From assembly GCA_963776495.1 (NCBI GenBank), contig CAVZMW010000006.1, positions 370,435 to 434,434 of the forward strand: DNA of 64,000 bases. The letters run 5' to 3'. Made by a program: the position numbers and the translations under genes. The notes under the pieces were generated by a model. That model was not told where the DNA came from and did no database searches. It saw only the letters and a list, made by a program, of their open reading frames with translations. The stretch is from an uncultured Acidobacteriota bacterium. GTDB taxonomy: Bacteria > Acidobacteriota > Vicinamibacteria > Vicinamibacterales > Fen-181. Shown one piece after another: positions 16,633 through 24,271 of this stretch (position 1 is its first letter; every line of letters begins with the position of its first letter).

Positions 16633-17142
16633 TCAGAGGGAGTCCCGCAGCAGGTCCCTGTACGACCCCGGCGTCGTCTTCTTCGGCAACTGCAGCCGCT
16701 CGCAGAGGTCAGCCATCAGCCGGGCCGACCCGCGGCCCGCGCGCTCCATCAGCACTTCGATCTCGACGAACGTGCCGAGGCCGGCCACCCGGTCGAGGTG
16801 GATCCGCGCGCCGTCGACCAGAAACACCTCGCGCGTCTTGCGGACGACCGTCTCGACGCCGAGTGCCGCGGTCAGCAGGCGCAGGGCCGCATCGGCTTCG
16901 CTCACCGCCCATTTGAGGTAGCGGCTTTCTCGCGCGCCCTTCCGCTTCGGGCGCTCGTAATAGATGAGCTCGCTCGTGCCGCCACGGACCACCCGCAGCT
17001 TGAGGTAGCCGCGGTCCACGCGAAAGTAGTGGTCGGCCTGGCGCAGGACGGCCGCCCGCCTGCAGCCGGGAATGGCGGCCGCCCGCCGCCGGTACGGCGC
17101 GAGCGACGCCACCTGCACCTTGATCTCGAGATTGTGGGGCAC
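16633..17142 (-). CDS. CYTH-domain protein (class IV adenylyl cyclase CyaB-like / triphosphate tunnel metalloenzyme)
   Basis: (V)PHNLEIKVQV...ADHYFRV..GYLKLRV...ELIYYERP...REVFLVDGARIHLDRVAGLGTFVEIEV matches the EXEXK and CYTH beta-barrel pattern. GTG at 17142 follows GAAGGAGGAAG. Confidence 0.75.
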   Translation of the reverse strand: MPHNLEIKVQVASLAPYRRRAAAIPGCRRAAVLRQADHYFRVDRGYLKLRVVRGGTSELIYYERPKRKGARESRYLKWAVSEADAALRLLTAALGVETVVRKTREVFLVDGARIHLDRVAGLGTFVEIEVLMERAGRGSARLMADLCERLQLPKKTTPGSYRDLLRDSL

Positions 17143-17200
17143 GGGGTCTTCCTCCTTCGGTGAACGGCGGGGCTGAAGCCCCGCCCTACACTCGGTCACG

Positions 17201-17230
17201 CCTGAGCCCCGAGCCTTGAGCCTTGAGCCC
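17201..17230. repeat. Short-unit repeat (GAGCC(T/C)T units); apparent target of the IS insertion
   Basis: cctgagccccgagccttgagccttgagccc lies immediately left of the IS terminus. ctgagccc recurs immediately right of the other terminus (18753-18760). Confidence 0.7.
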
Positions 17231-17234
17231 TTCT

Positions 17235-18747
17235 ATGAAGCGGCCTCTCGCGTCAAGCGGTGGATTTCGTCCGTTCCGCTCGTCGTGTCCTCGCGTGCGT
17301 TCCCCCCGAAGACAAACGTCCAGTGAGCGCGCGGCTCACCCCTCACCCGCGGGCGGGTGAGGCGCGCGCGCACGGCCGCCGGGGCATCCACGCCGTGGGC
17401 TCACCTGTCGAGTACGCTCAATCCGCGAGCGTGTCTCACCCTTCTATTCGTGCTCAGCATGGGCGGCCGTGGCCGCCGGCACATGAGAAGGTCCGAGAGC
17501 GGGGGCGGCGCCATCTGAGCCTCGACACTGACCGTCTGTCACGGGCTCACTCGCGCTCACCCCCGGATGACGCCCCCGGTGTCGTCGCCAAGCGTCCCCG
17601 CGAGTCGCCGGGTCTACGCCGCCAGGGCGCCCGCGTCCGTCCTCGTCCGTGGGGCGGTCCGGTCAAACGCGGTCCCATCGCGCCACATCGCATAGAGGAT
17701 GCGCGCCAACCGCCGCGCCAGCGCCACCGCGGCGATCCGCTTCCCCCGGCGCGCGGCCAAGGCCACGGCCCACGTGTGGAGCGGCCAGTCCTGGGTCTCG
17801 CGGCCGCACAGGATGCCCCAGCCCGCTTGCACCAACAGCCATCGCAGACGCGACGGGCCGGCTTTACTGATATGGCCCGCGCGCCGCCGATCCCCGCTGC
17901 TGTCGTCCCTCGGCGCCAGCCCCAGATAGCTCACCACCTGCCCGGCGTGCGTAAACCGCGTCGGCGTATCCAGCGTCGCCACGAACGCCGCGCTCGTCAC
18001 CGGCCCGATGCGCGGGGCCGTCTGCAGGCGTTGCATATCCGCATCCTGCGCGACGTGCGCGGCCAGTTGCGCGTCGGCGCCCGCCAGGGCGACCTCTAGC
18101 CCGTCCAGCACCATCAGCAACGGCGCCACCGTCGCCGCGAGATCCGGCGGGAGGGCCACCGCCCGCAGTCGCGCCGCAAACCCCTCCGCGGCGCCTGACG
18201 CCACCCGCAGCCCCTCCGCCCGCACCGCCGCCCGCAGCGTCGCGATCAGCCGCGTGCGCGTGCGGACCAGCGCCTCCCGCACCGTCAGCGCCTCCCGCAC
18301 CACCCGCCGTCCGCGCGACACCCGATGCACGGGCCGATACGTGCCCCGCAGACTCGCCTCCGCCAACGCCGCCGCGTCCCGGGGGTCATTCTTGTGTCGC
18401 CCTCCGCGTCGACGCGGATACATCGGCGCGTAACTCGGGTCCACCACCCACACCCGATGCCCCAGCCCCTCCACCACCTGCGCCACCCACTCGCTCTCCG
18501 TGCTGGCCTCGATCAGGACCTGGCCCGGCGCCTGGTGGCCCAGCATGGCCTCAAACCGGTCCCGCCGGGTCTGGATCCGCTGCTGCCGCACCTCCCCCGT
18601 CGCGTCGTCCAGCCAGCAGATTTGACTTTCCCGTTTGTGTAGATCGATGCCAATATGCTGCACGGTCGATCTCCTCTCTGCGCCTTGAGCGCGTTACTCA
18701 ACTGTGGAGCGGTCACGCTACCACGCTGAGGAGATCGGCCGCTTCAT
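17235..18747 (-). mobile_element. IS110-family insertion sequence (IS1111-like architecture), about 1.5 kb
   Basis: The 11-nt terminal inverted repeats are ATGAAGCGGCC (17235-17245) and GGCCGCTTCAT (18737-18747). They enclose a DEDD-type IS110 transposase gene, an 84-nt upstream end and a 379-nt non-coding end downstream of the transposase. Confidence 0.75.
17614..18663 (-). CDS. IS110-family transposase
   Basis: MQHIGIDLHKRESQICWLD... is the DEDD N-terminal motif. The C-terminal region has LQTAPRIGPVTSAAFVATL...FTHAGQVVSYLGLAPRDDSSGDRRRAGHISKAGPSRLRWLLVQA. Confidence 0.92.
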   Translation of the reverse strand: MQHIGIDLHKRESQICWLDDATGEVRQQRIQTRRDRFEAMLGHQAPGQVLIEASTESEWVAQVVEGLGHRVWVVDPSYAPMYPRRRGGRHKNDPRDAAALAEASLRGTYRPVHRVSRGRRVVREALTVREALVRTRTRLIATLRAAVRAEGLRVASGAAEGFAARLRAVALPPDLAATVAPLLMVLDGLEVALAGADAQLAAHVAQDADMQRLQTAPRIGPVTSAAFVATLDTPTRFTHAGQVVSYLGLAPRDDSSGDRRRAGHISKAGPSRLRWLLVQAGWGILCGRETQDWPLHTWAVALAARRGKRIAAVALARRLARILYAMWRDGTAFDRTAPRTRTDAGALAA

Positions 18748-18856
18748 CCTATCTGAGCCCGTAGTCTACCCTGTTGGCCCTCCGGCCCTCCTTCGGATAA
18801 CATTTGACAATTGGGCGTGTTCGCCCGGACGTTAACGACGGAGCCCTGACAGTCCC

Positions 18857-20035
18857 ATGAGCAAGAACTACATCTTCTCGTCCGAGTCGGTCGGCGAGGG
18901 CCATCCCGACAAGGTGTGCGACACGATTTCCGACGCGGTGCTCGACGCCTGCCTCGCCCAGGACAAGTACAGCCGCGTGGCCTGCGAGACCTACGCCAAG
19001 AGCAACCTCGTCGTCATCGGCGGCGAGATCACGACCAAGGCCCGGCTCGATTTCAACGAGATCGCGCGCGAAGCGATCCGCGGCATCGGGTATACCCACG
19101 ACGATGACGTGTTCCACGCCGACAAGGTGCTCATCATGAACGCCATCACGTCGCAGTCGCCCGACATCGCGCAGGGCGTGGACGCGCGGGCGGCGGTGGG
19201 CAAGGAGAAGGCGGAGCAGGGCGCGGGCGACCAGGGGCTGATGTTCGGCTACGCCTGCAACGAGACGCCGGAGCTGATGCCGGCGCCGATCATGTACGCC
19301 CACCAGCTCGGCGCCGAGCTGACGCGCGTGCGCAAGACCGGCAAGGTGGCCTGGCTTCGACCCGACGCGAAGAGCCAGGTGTCGGTGCGCTACGAGAACG
19401 ACCAGCCCGTGGAGATCACCAGCGTCGTCATCTCGACGCAGCACGCGGCGAACGCGAGCCACCGCACGATCCGGAACTTCTGCATCGAGGACATCGTCAG
19501 GCCGATCCTGCCGGCGCACCTGATCACCCGCAGGACCAAGATGCTCATCAACCCGACGGGCCGCTTCGTGGTCGGCGGGCCGCAGGGAGACACCGGCCTG
19601 ACGGGCCGCAAGATCATCGTCGACAGTTACGGCGGCATGGGCCGGCACGGCGGCGGCGCCTTCTCGGGCAAGGACCCGAGCAAGGTGGACCGCAGCGGCG
19701 CTTACATGGGGCGCTACGTCGCGAAGAACATCGTCGCGGCGGGCCTGGCCACCAGCGCCGAGATCCAGCTCGCCTACGCCATCGGCTATCCCGACCCGGT
19801 CAGCGTCTGCGTCAACACCTTCGGCACCGCGCTGCCCGGGCTGACCGACGAGCAGATCGAGAAGGCCGTGAGCGAGGTGTTCAGCTTCAAGCCGGCGCAC
19901 ATCATCAAGCAGCTCGACCTGCTGCGGCCGATCTACGGCAAGACGACCAACTACGGCCACTTCGGCAAGAACGACCCGGACCTGACCTGGGAGCGGACCG
20001 ACAAGGTCAATGCGCTCAAGAGGGCGGTGAGGTAG
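18857..20035 (+). CDS. metK: S-adenosylmethionine synthetase
   Basis: The product has [49 protein letters not shown] and [16 protein letters not shown]. Confidence 0.97.
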   Translation: MSKNYIFSSESVGEGHPDKVCDTISDAVLDACLAQDKYSRVACETYAKSNLVVIGGEITTKARLDFNEIAREAIRGIGYTHDDDVFHADKVLIMNAITSQSPDIAQGVDARAAVGKEKAEQGAGDQGLMFGYACNETPELMPAPIMYAHQLGAELTRVRKTGKVAWLRPDAKSQVSVRYENDQPVEITSVVISTQHAANASHRTIRNFCIEDIVRPILPAHLITRRTKMLINPTGRFVVGGPQGDTGLTGRKIIVDSYGGMGRHGGGAFSGKDPSKVDRSGAYMGRYVAKNIVAAGLATSAEIQLAYAIGYPDPVSVCVNTFGTALPGLTDEQIEKAVSEVFSFKPAHIIKQLDLLRPIYGKTTNYGHFGKNDPDLTWERTDKVNALKRAVR

Positions 20036-20047
20036 CGGCACGTTCAG

Positions 20048-20130
20048 TGGAGTGGCCAGTTGCCGTTTGTCAGTTGTCAGTCTGTCACGCGTGATCGACT
20101 GACCACGGGCAACTGACGACTGGCCACTAC
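20048..20130. repeat. Heptamer-armed palindrome (core CTGTCACGCGTGATCG) between convergent metK and the DUF1810 gene
   Basis: The arm gtggccagttgccgtttgtcagttgtcagt pairs with the arm actgaccacgggcaactgacgactggccac. The DUF1810 stop codon lies inside the right arm. Confidence 0.85.
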
Positions 20131-20567
20131 TCCGGCTTGCCCGCCTTCACGAGCCTGAGCGTCTCCGCATCCCGCTTCCCACCGAAATACCCCTCCAGCA
20201 CCCTGCCGAAGACCGACCCGGGCTGAGAGGCCAGGTCGAACAGCGTCATCGAGGAGTGCAGCTTCAGGTCGTCCGGGTAGTCGAAGATGTCGGACGCCGT
20301 GCGGCCGGGGAGGCCGAGCAGCGCGCCCGCGCATTCGGCCAGCCGCGCGCCGAGGACCGGGTGGTCCAGGTACGCGCGGGCCTCGTCCAGGCTCTTGATG
20401 GCGAATTGCCGCGCGGTGGGACTCGAACCAAGTCCCTCGAATTGCGGGAAGACGAACCACATCCAGTGCGTTCGCTTGCGGCCTCCCCGCAGTTCCGCCA
20501 GGGCTGCCGGGTAGACGCCTTCCTGCGCGGCCAGGAAGCGCTGCAGATCGAAGGGATCGGGGGACAT
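20127..20567 (-). CDS. DUF1810-family protein
   Basis: DPFDLQRFLAAQEGVYPAALAELRGGRKRTHWMWFVFPQ..GLGSSPTA..FAI.SLDEARAYLDHPVLG is the characteristic DUF1810 pattern. Confidence 0.8.
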   Translation of the reverse strand: MSPDPFDLQRFLAAQEGVYPAALAELRGGRKRTHWMWFVFPQFEGLGSSPTARQFAIKSLDEARAYLDHPVLGARLAECAGALLGLPGRTASDIFDYPDDLKLHSSMTLFDLASQPGSVFGRVLEGYFGGKRDAETLRLVKAGKPE

Positions 20568-20597
20568 CGGGCCACCGTCGGGGGACAGAGTACCGAT

Positions 20598-20722
20598 GCG
20601 TCAGTGGCCAGGTGCCAGTGGTCTGCGGTCAGTCTGTTCGCGTGACAGACTGGCAACCGGCAACTGACGACTGGCCACTACGCGATACCGCGTACTCTGG
20701 TACTTCCTACTTCTTACTTCTT
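20598..20722. repeat. Heptamer-armed palindrome (core CTGTTCGCGTGACAG) plus TACTTC(C/T) units
   Basis: The arm gtcagtggccaggtgccagtggtctgcggtcagt pairs with the arm actggcaaccggcaactgacgactggccac, followed by tacttcctacttcttacttcttac. The 23-mer ggcaactgacgactggccactac is shared with 20108-20130. Confidence 0.85.
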
Positions 20723-22879
20723 ACTTTCCGCCACGATTCCCCTGCGCTTGAGCATCCACTCGATGCTCGGGTCCTTCCCGCGGAATTGGCGGTACAGCGC
20801 GGCGTAGTCGCTCACGTTGCCGCGCGACAGGATCATGGTGCGGAACCGGTCGCCGTTGGCCCGCGTGAGCCCGCCGTTGTCCATGAACCACTGGAACGCG
20901 TCGTTGTCCAGCATCTCGGCCCACAGGTAGGCGTAGTAGCCGGCGTCGTACCCGTTCGCCCAGATGTGCAGGAAGTAGCTCGACCGGTAGCGCGGCGGCA
21001 CCGGCGCGAAGTCGACGCCCGTCTTCTTGAGCGCCTCGATCTCGAACGCGTCCGGGTTCTGGACCGGCGCGGAGGCGGGCAGCGTGTGCCACATCATGTC
21101 CAGCTCCGCGGCGCCCAGCACCTCGGTCAGCGCGTAGCCCTGGTTGAACGTCTCGGCCTTGCGGATCTTGTCGGCCAGCGCCAGCGGCATCGGCTGGCCG
21201 GTCTTGTGGTTGATGGCGAAATGCTCCAGCACCTTCGGGTAGAGCGCCCAGTGCTCGTTGATCTGCGAGGGCAGCTCGACGAAGTCGCGCGCGACGTTGG
21301 CGCCCGAGAGCGTCGGGTAGGTCGAGTTGGCGAACATGCCGTTGAGCGCGTGGCCGAACTCGTGGAACATCGTCGTCACGTCGTCGTAGCTGAGCATGGC
21401 CGGCTGGCCCGGCGCCGGCTTGGTGAAGTTGGCGACGTTATAGACGACGGGCCGCCCGCCGATCAGGGTGGACTGCTGCGTGAAGGTGTCCATCCACGCG
21501 CCGCCGTTCTTGTTGTCGCGCTTGAAGTAGTCGCAGTAGAACAGTGCCAGCGGCTTGCCGTCGGCGTCGAATACGTCGAACACCCGCACGTCCGGCTGCC
21601 AGACCGGGAGGTCGTGGCGCTCCTTGAAGCTGATGCCGTAGAGTTCGTGCGCGGCGTAGAACACGCCGTCCTGGAGGACCCGGTTCAGCTCGAAGTAAGG
21701 CGCCAGCTCCGCGCTGTTCAGGTCGTACTTCGCCTTGCGGACCTGGTCCGCGTAGAAATCCCAGTCGGAGGCCGTGAGGGTGAAGCCGCCGTGCTGCGTG
21801 TCGATGAGCGCCTGGATGTCGGCGGCCTCGCGTGTGGCGTTCGCCACGGCCGGCGGGACCAGCCGGCCGAGGAACTGCTCGACGGCCGCCGGCGTCTTGG
21901 CCATCTGGTTCTCGAGCGACCAGGCGGCGTGGTTCGGGAAGCCGAGCAGCACCGCCCGCTTCGCGCGCAGGGCGGCGAGCCTGGCGATCGTGTCGCGGGT
22001 GTCGTTGGCGTCGCCGTGCTCGGCGCGGTTCCACGAGGCGGCGAAGAGCTTCTCGCGGGTGGCGCGGTTCGAGAGCGAGGAGAGCGTCGGCTGCTGCGTC
22101 GTGTTCTGCAGCGGGATCAGCCACTGGCCCTCGAGGCCCCGCCCCTTGGCGGCGAGCGCCGCCGCGTGCAGCTCGTCGGTGGACAGCCCCGCGAGGTCCG
22201 ACGCCTTCGAGGTCATGAGCGCCCCGGCCTTGGTCGCGGCGAGCAGCTGGTTCATGAACTTCGCCATCAGCGACGCTTCCTGCTCGTTGAACGCCTTGAG
22301 CGTGGTCTTGTCGGCCTCGGACAGCTTGGCGCCCGCGTGCACGAATCGCTTGTAGTAGTACTCGAGCAGGCGGTCGGACTGGGGATCGAGCTTCAGTTCC
22401 GCGCGCCGGCCGTAGACGGCCTCGATCCGCTTGAACAGCCTGTCGTTCAGGAAGATGGCGTCGCCGTGCGCGGCCAGCTTCGGCGCCACTTCTTCCTGGA
22501 GCGCCTGCAGCGTCGGGTTCGTGTTCGCCGACGACAGGCCGCCAAAGACCATCTCCACGCGGGTCAGCAGCTGCCCGCTCTTCTCGAGCGCCACCAGCGT
22601 GTTGTCGAACGTGGGCGGGGCCGGGGTGTCGGCGATGGCCTTGATCTCGGCGATCTGGGCCTTCATCCCGGCCTCGAAGGCCGGCTTGAAGTCGCCGTCC
22701 TTGATCTTGTCGAACGGCGGCGCGCCGAACGGCAGCGTGCTCGGCGACATGAGCGGGTTGGGACGCGCCGAGGGCGGTGGAGTTTGAGTCGTCGTCATGG
22801 GACCTGCCGACCAGGTTGAGACGGAAACGGCGCCGATGACGAGCGCACCGGCGAGCACGAACGGAAGATGGCGGGACAT
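20714..22879 (-). CDS. dcp: Peptidyl-dipeptidase Dcp / M3-family oligopeptidase (exported)
   Basis: It has the HEFGHAL zinc motif, the M3 family pattern throughout, and the signal peptide MSRHLPFVLAGALVIGAVSV. ATG at 22879 follows GAGAGGA. Confidence 0.88.
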   Translation of the reverse strand: MSRHLPFVLAGALVIGAVSVSTWSAGPMTTTQTPPPSARPNPLMSPSTLPFGAPPFDKIKDGDFKPAFEAGMKAQIAEIKAIADTPAPPTFDNTLVALEKSGQLLTRVEMVFGGLSSANTNPTLQALQEEVAPKLAAHGDAIFLNDRLFKRIEAVYGRRAELKLDPQSDRLLEYYYKRFVHAGAKLSEADKTTLKAFNEQEASLMAKFMNQLLAATKAGALMTSKASDLAGLSTDELHAAALAAKGRGLEGQWLIPLQNTTQQPTLSSLSNRATREKLFAASWNRAEHGDANDTRDTIARLAALRAKRAVLLGFPNHAAWSLENQMAKTPAAVEQFLGRLVPPAVANATREAADIQALIDTQHGGFTLTASDWDFYADQVRKAKYDLNSAELAPYFELNRVLQDGVFYAAHELYGISFKERHDLPVWQPDVRVFDVFDADGKPLALFYCDYFKRDNKNGGAWMDTFTQQSTLIGGRPVVYNVANFTKPAPGQPAMLSYDDVTTMFHEFGHALNGMFANSTYPTLSGANVARDFVELPSQINEHWALYPKVLEHFAINHKTGQPMPLALADKIRKAETFNQGYALTEVLGAAELDMMWHTLPASAPVQNPDAFEIEALKKTGVDFAPVPPRYRSSYFLHIWANGYDAGYYAYLWAEMLDNDAFQWFMDNGGLTRANGDRFRTMILSRGNVSDYAALYRQFRGKDPSIEWMLKRRGIVAESKK

Positions 22880-22987
22880 GAAGAGCATCCTCTCTGAAAC
22901 CCCGCCGCGCACGGGCGGCGGCGCCTCAGAGCATCATACCCCTCCCGGCACGACAGGCGGAAAGGCGGAAAAGCGTCGGGCCGTTCG

Positions 22988-23048
22988 CAAGGCGTAAGGC
23001 GTAGGGCGCAAGGCGTAAGGCGTAGGGCGTGGGGCGTAAGGCGTAAGC
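22988..23048. repeat. Tandem CGTAAGGC/CGTAGGGC octamers (reverse complement of the 12706-12787 unit)
   Basis: The sequence is aaggcgtaaggcgtagggcgcaaggcgtaaggcgtagggcgtggggcgtaaggcgtaagcc. Confidence 0.85.
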
Positions 23049-23166
23049 CGGCCGATGAGGCGCCGGTCGTGGCCCGGTTCGTCGCGCCGGGCTCAGCTCG
23101 GCGGACCTCGCCAAATTCGCCCTTTGCGCCGACCCGGTCCGCGCCCGGCTCTCCAGTGCGGGTCGT

Positions 23167-23196
23167 GAGGCGTAAGGCGTAGGGCGTAAGGCGTAG
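23167..23196. repeat. Second block of CGTAAGGC/CGTAGGGC octamers, abutting the yfcH-like start
   Basis: The sequence is gaggcgtaaggcgtagggcgtaaggcgtagg, ending 10 nt before ATG 23206. Confidence 0.8.
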
Positions 23197-23205
23197 GATG
23201 GTGTC

Positions 23206-24133
23206 ATGCGCGTCTTGATCACCGGTGCCACCGGGTTCATCGGCCGGGCGCTCGTCCCCGCGCTTCAGCGGGAGGGGCACACCGCGGTGGCGTGGGTCCG
23301 TTCCGAGCCGCGCGCGCGCGCCAGGCTCGGGGCCGACATCGAGCTCGTAGACGCCACGACGGGGCCACGCGGCCTGGCCGCCGTGGTCGAGACATGCGAC
23401 GGCGTCGTCAACCTGGCGGGGGAGCCCATCCTGGGCGCCCGCTGGACCGCGACGCGGCGCGCCACGCTGCGCAGGAGCCGTGTCGGCGTCACGGTCGATT
23501 CTCGTTGGAGCGATCACGGCGGCCCGGCAGCGCCCGCGCGTGCTCGTCTCGGGCAGCGCGGTCGGGTACTACGGCGACCGGGCGGACGAAGTGCTGACGG
23601 AGGACTCGGCACCGGGCAGCGGCTTCCTGGCCGACCTGTGCCGGGAGTGGGAGGCCGAGGCCCGAGGGGCCGAAGCGCTCGGCCTGCGGGTGGTCGTCCT
23701 GCGGACGGGCGTCGTCCTCGGCCGCGGCGGCGGCGCGCTCGAGCAGATGCTTCCGGCGTTCCGGTTGGGCGCCGGCGGCCCGATCGGCTCCGGCCGGCAA
23801 TACCTGCCGTGGATCCACCTGCACGATCTGACCGCCGCCATCCTCGCCGCGCTGGACGACGACCGGGTGCGCGGGCCGGTCAACGGCGTGGCGCCGAAGC
23901 CCGTCGCCAGCCGGGACTTCGCCAAGGCGCTCGGCCGCGCGCTGCGGAGGCCAGCCGTGCTGCCGGCGCCGGCCTTCGCGCTGCGGCTGTTCTTCGGCCA
24001 GGCCGCCGAGGTCATGCTCGCCAGTCAGCGCGCCGTGCCGGCGGCGCTCGAGCGCCTCGGATTCCCGTTCGCCTTTCCGACGCTCGACGCGGCACTGGCC
24101 GACGCGCTGGCCGACGAGCCCCGGCGGGTCTGA
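23206..24133 (+). pseudogene. TIGR01777/YfcH-type NAD-dependent epimerase (SDR + DUF1731), interrupted by a 1-nt frameshift near 23490
   Basis: Frame 1 gives MRVLITGATGFIGRALV...NLAGEPILGARWTATRRATLRRSRVGVT. The homologous continuation SILVGAI...VLVSGSAVGYYG...GSGRQYLPWIHLHD...LERLGFPFAFPTLDAAL is in frame 2 (ORF 23480..24133). After the shift, frame 1 becomes Arg/Pro/Gly junk. Confidence 0.75.
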
Positions 24134-24197
24134 AGACTCGCCCTACAGACGGTCTTTCCCGGCGTGCGGCTCACGGCCGGCGACTGGCGGCGGGGCT

Positions 24198-24245
24198 CCG
24201 CGTGACGGCTGTGACACCGCCGCAAGGCGCAAGCCGCAAGCCGGT
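24198..24245. repeat. Degenerate core (CGCGTGAC..GTGACAC) plus GCAAGCC units
   Basis: The sequence is ccgcgtgacggctgtgacaccgccgcaaggcgcaagccgcaagccgg. It lies between convergent gene ends. Confidence 0.6.
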
Positions 24246-24271
24246 GGCGGCACGCCACGAGCCGCACGCCG

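Noticed and set aside
17167-17186. The perfect hairpin GGCGGGGC-TGAA-GCCCCGCC considered as a terminator.
   Set aside because: There is no T tract on either strand. It lies just upstream of the CYTH gene SD, so its role (terminator, attenuator or IS-adjacent structure) cannot be decided from sequence alone.
18748-18856. A SAM riboswitch or strong sigma70 promoter upstream of metK.
   Set aside because: A TTGACA box exists at 18814-18819, but no acceptable -10 lies at 16-19 nt spacing. I could not trace the conserved SAM-I helices or kink-turn in the 109-nt leader.
20048-20722. The repeat-flanked DUF1810 gene and vapBC considered as integron gene cassettes with attC sites.
   Set aside because: The palindromic core is GTCACGCGTGAC rather than the attC R''/R' (RYYYAAC/GTTRRRY) boxes. 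No integrase gene or attI is nearby, and the cassette orientation and array structure are absent.
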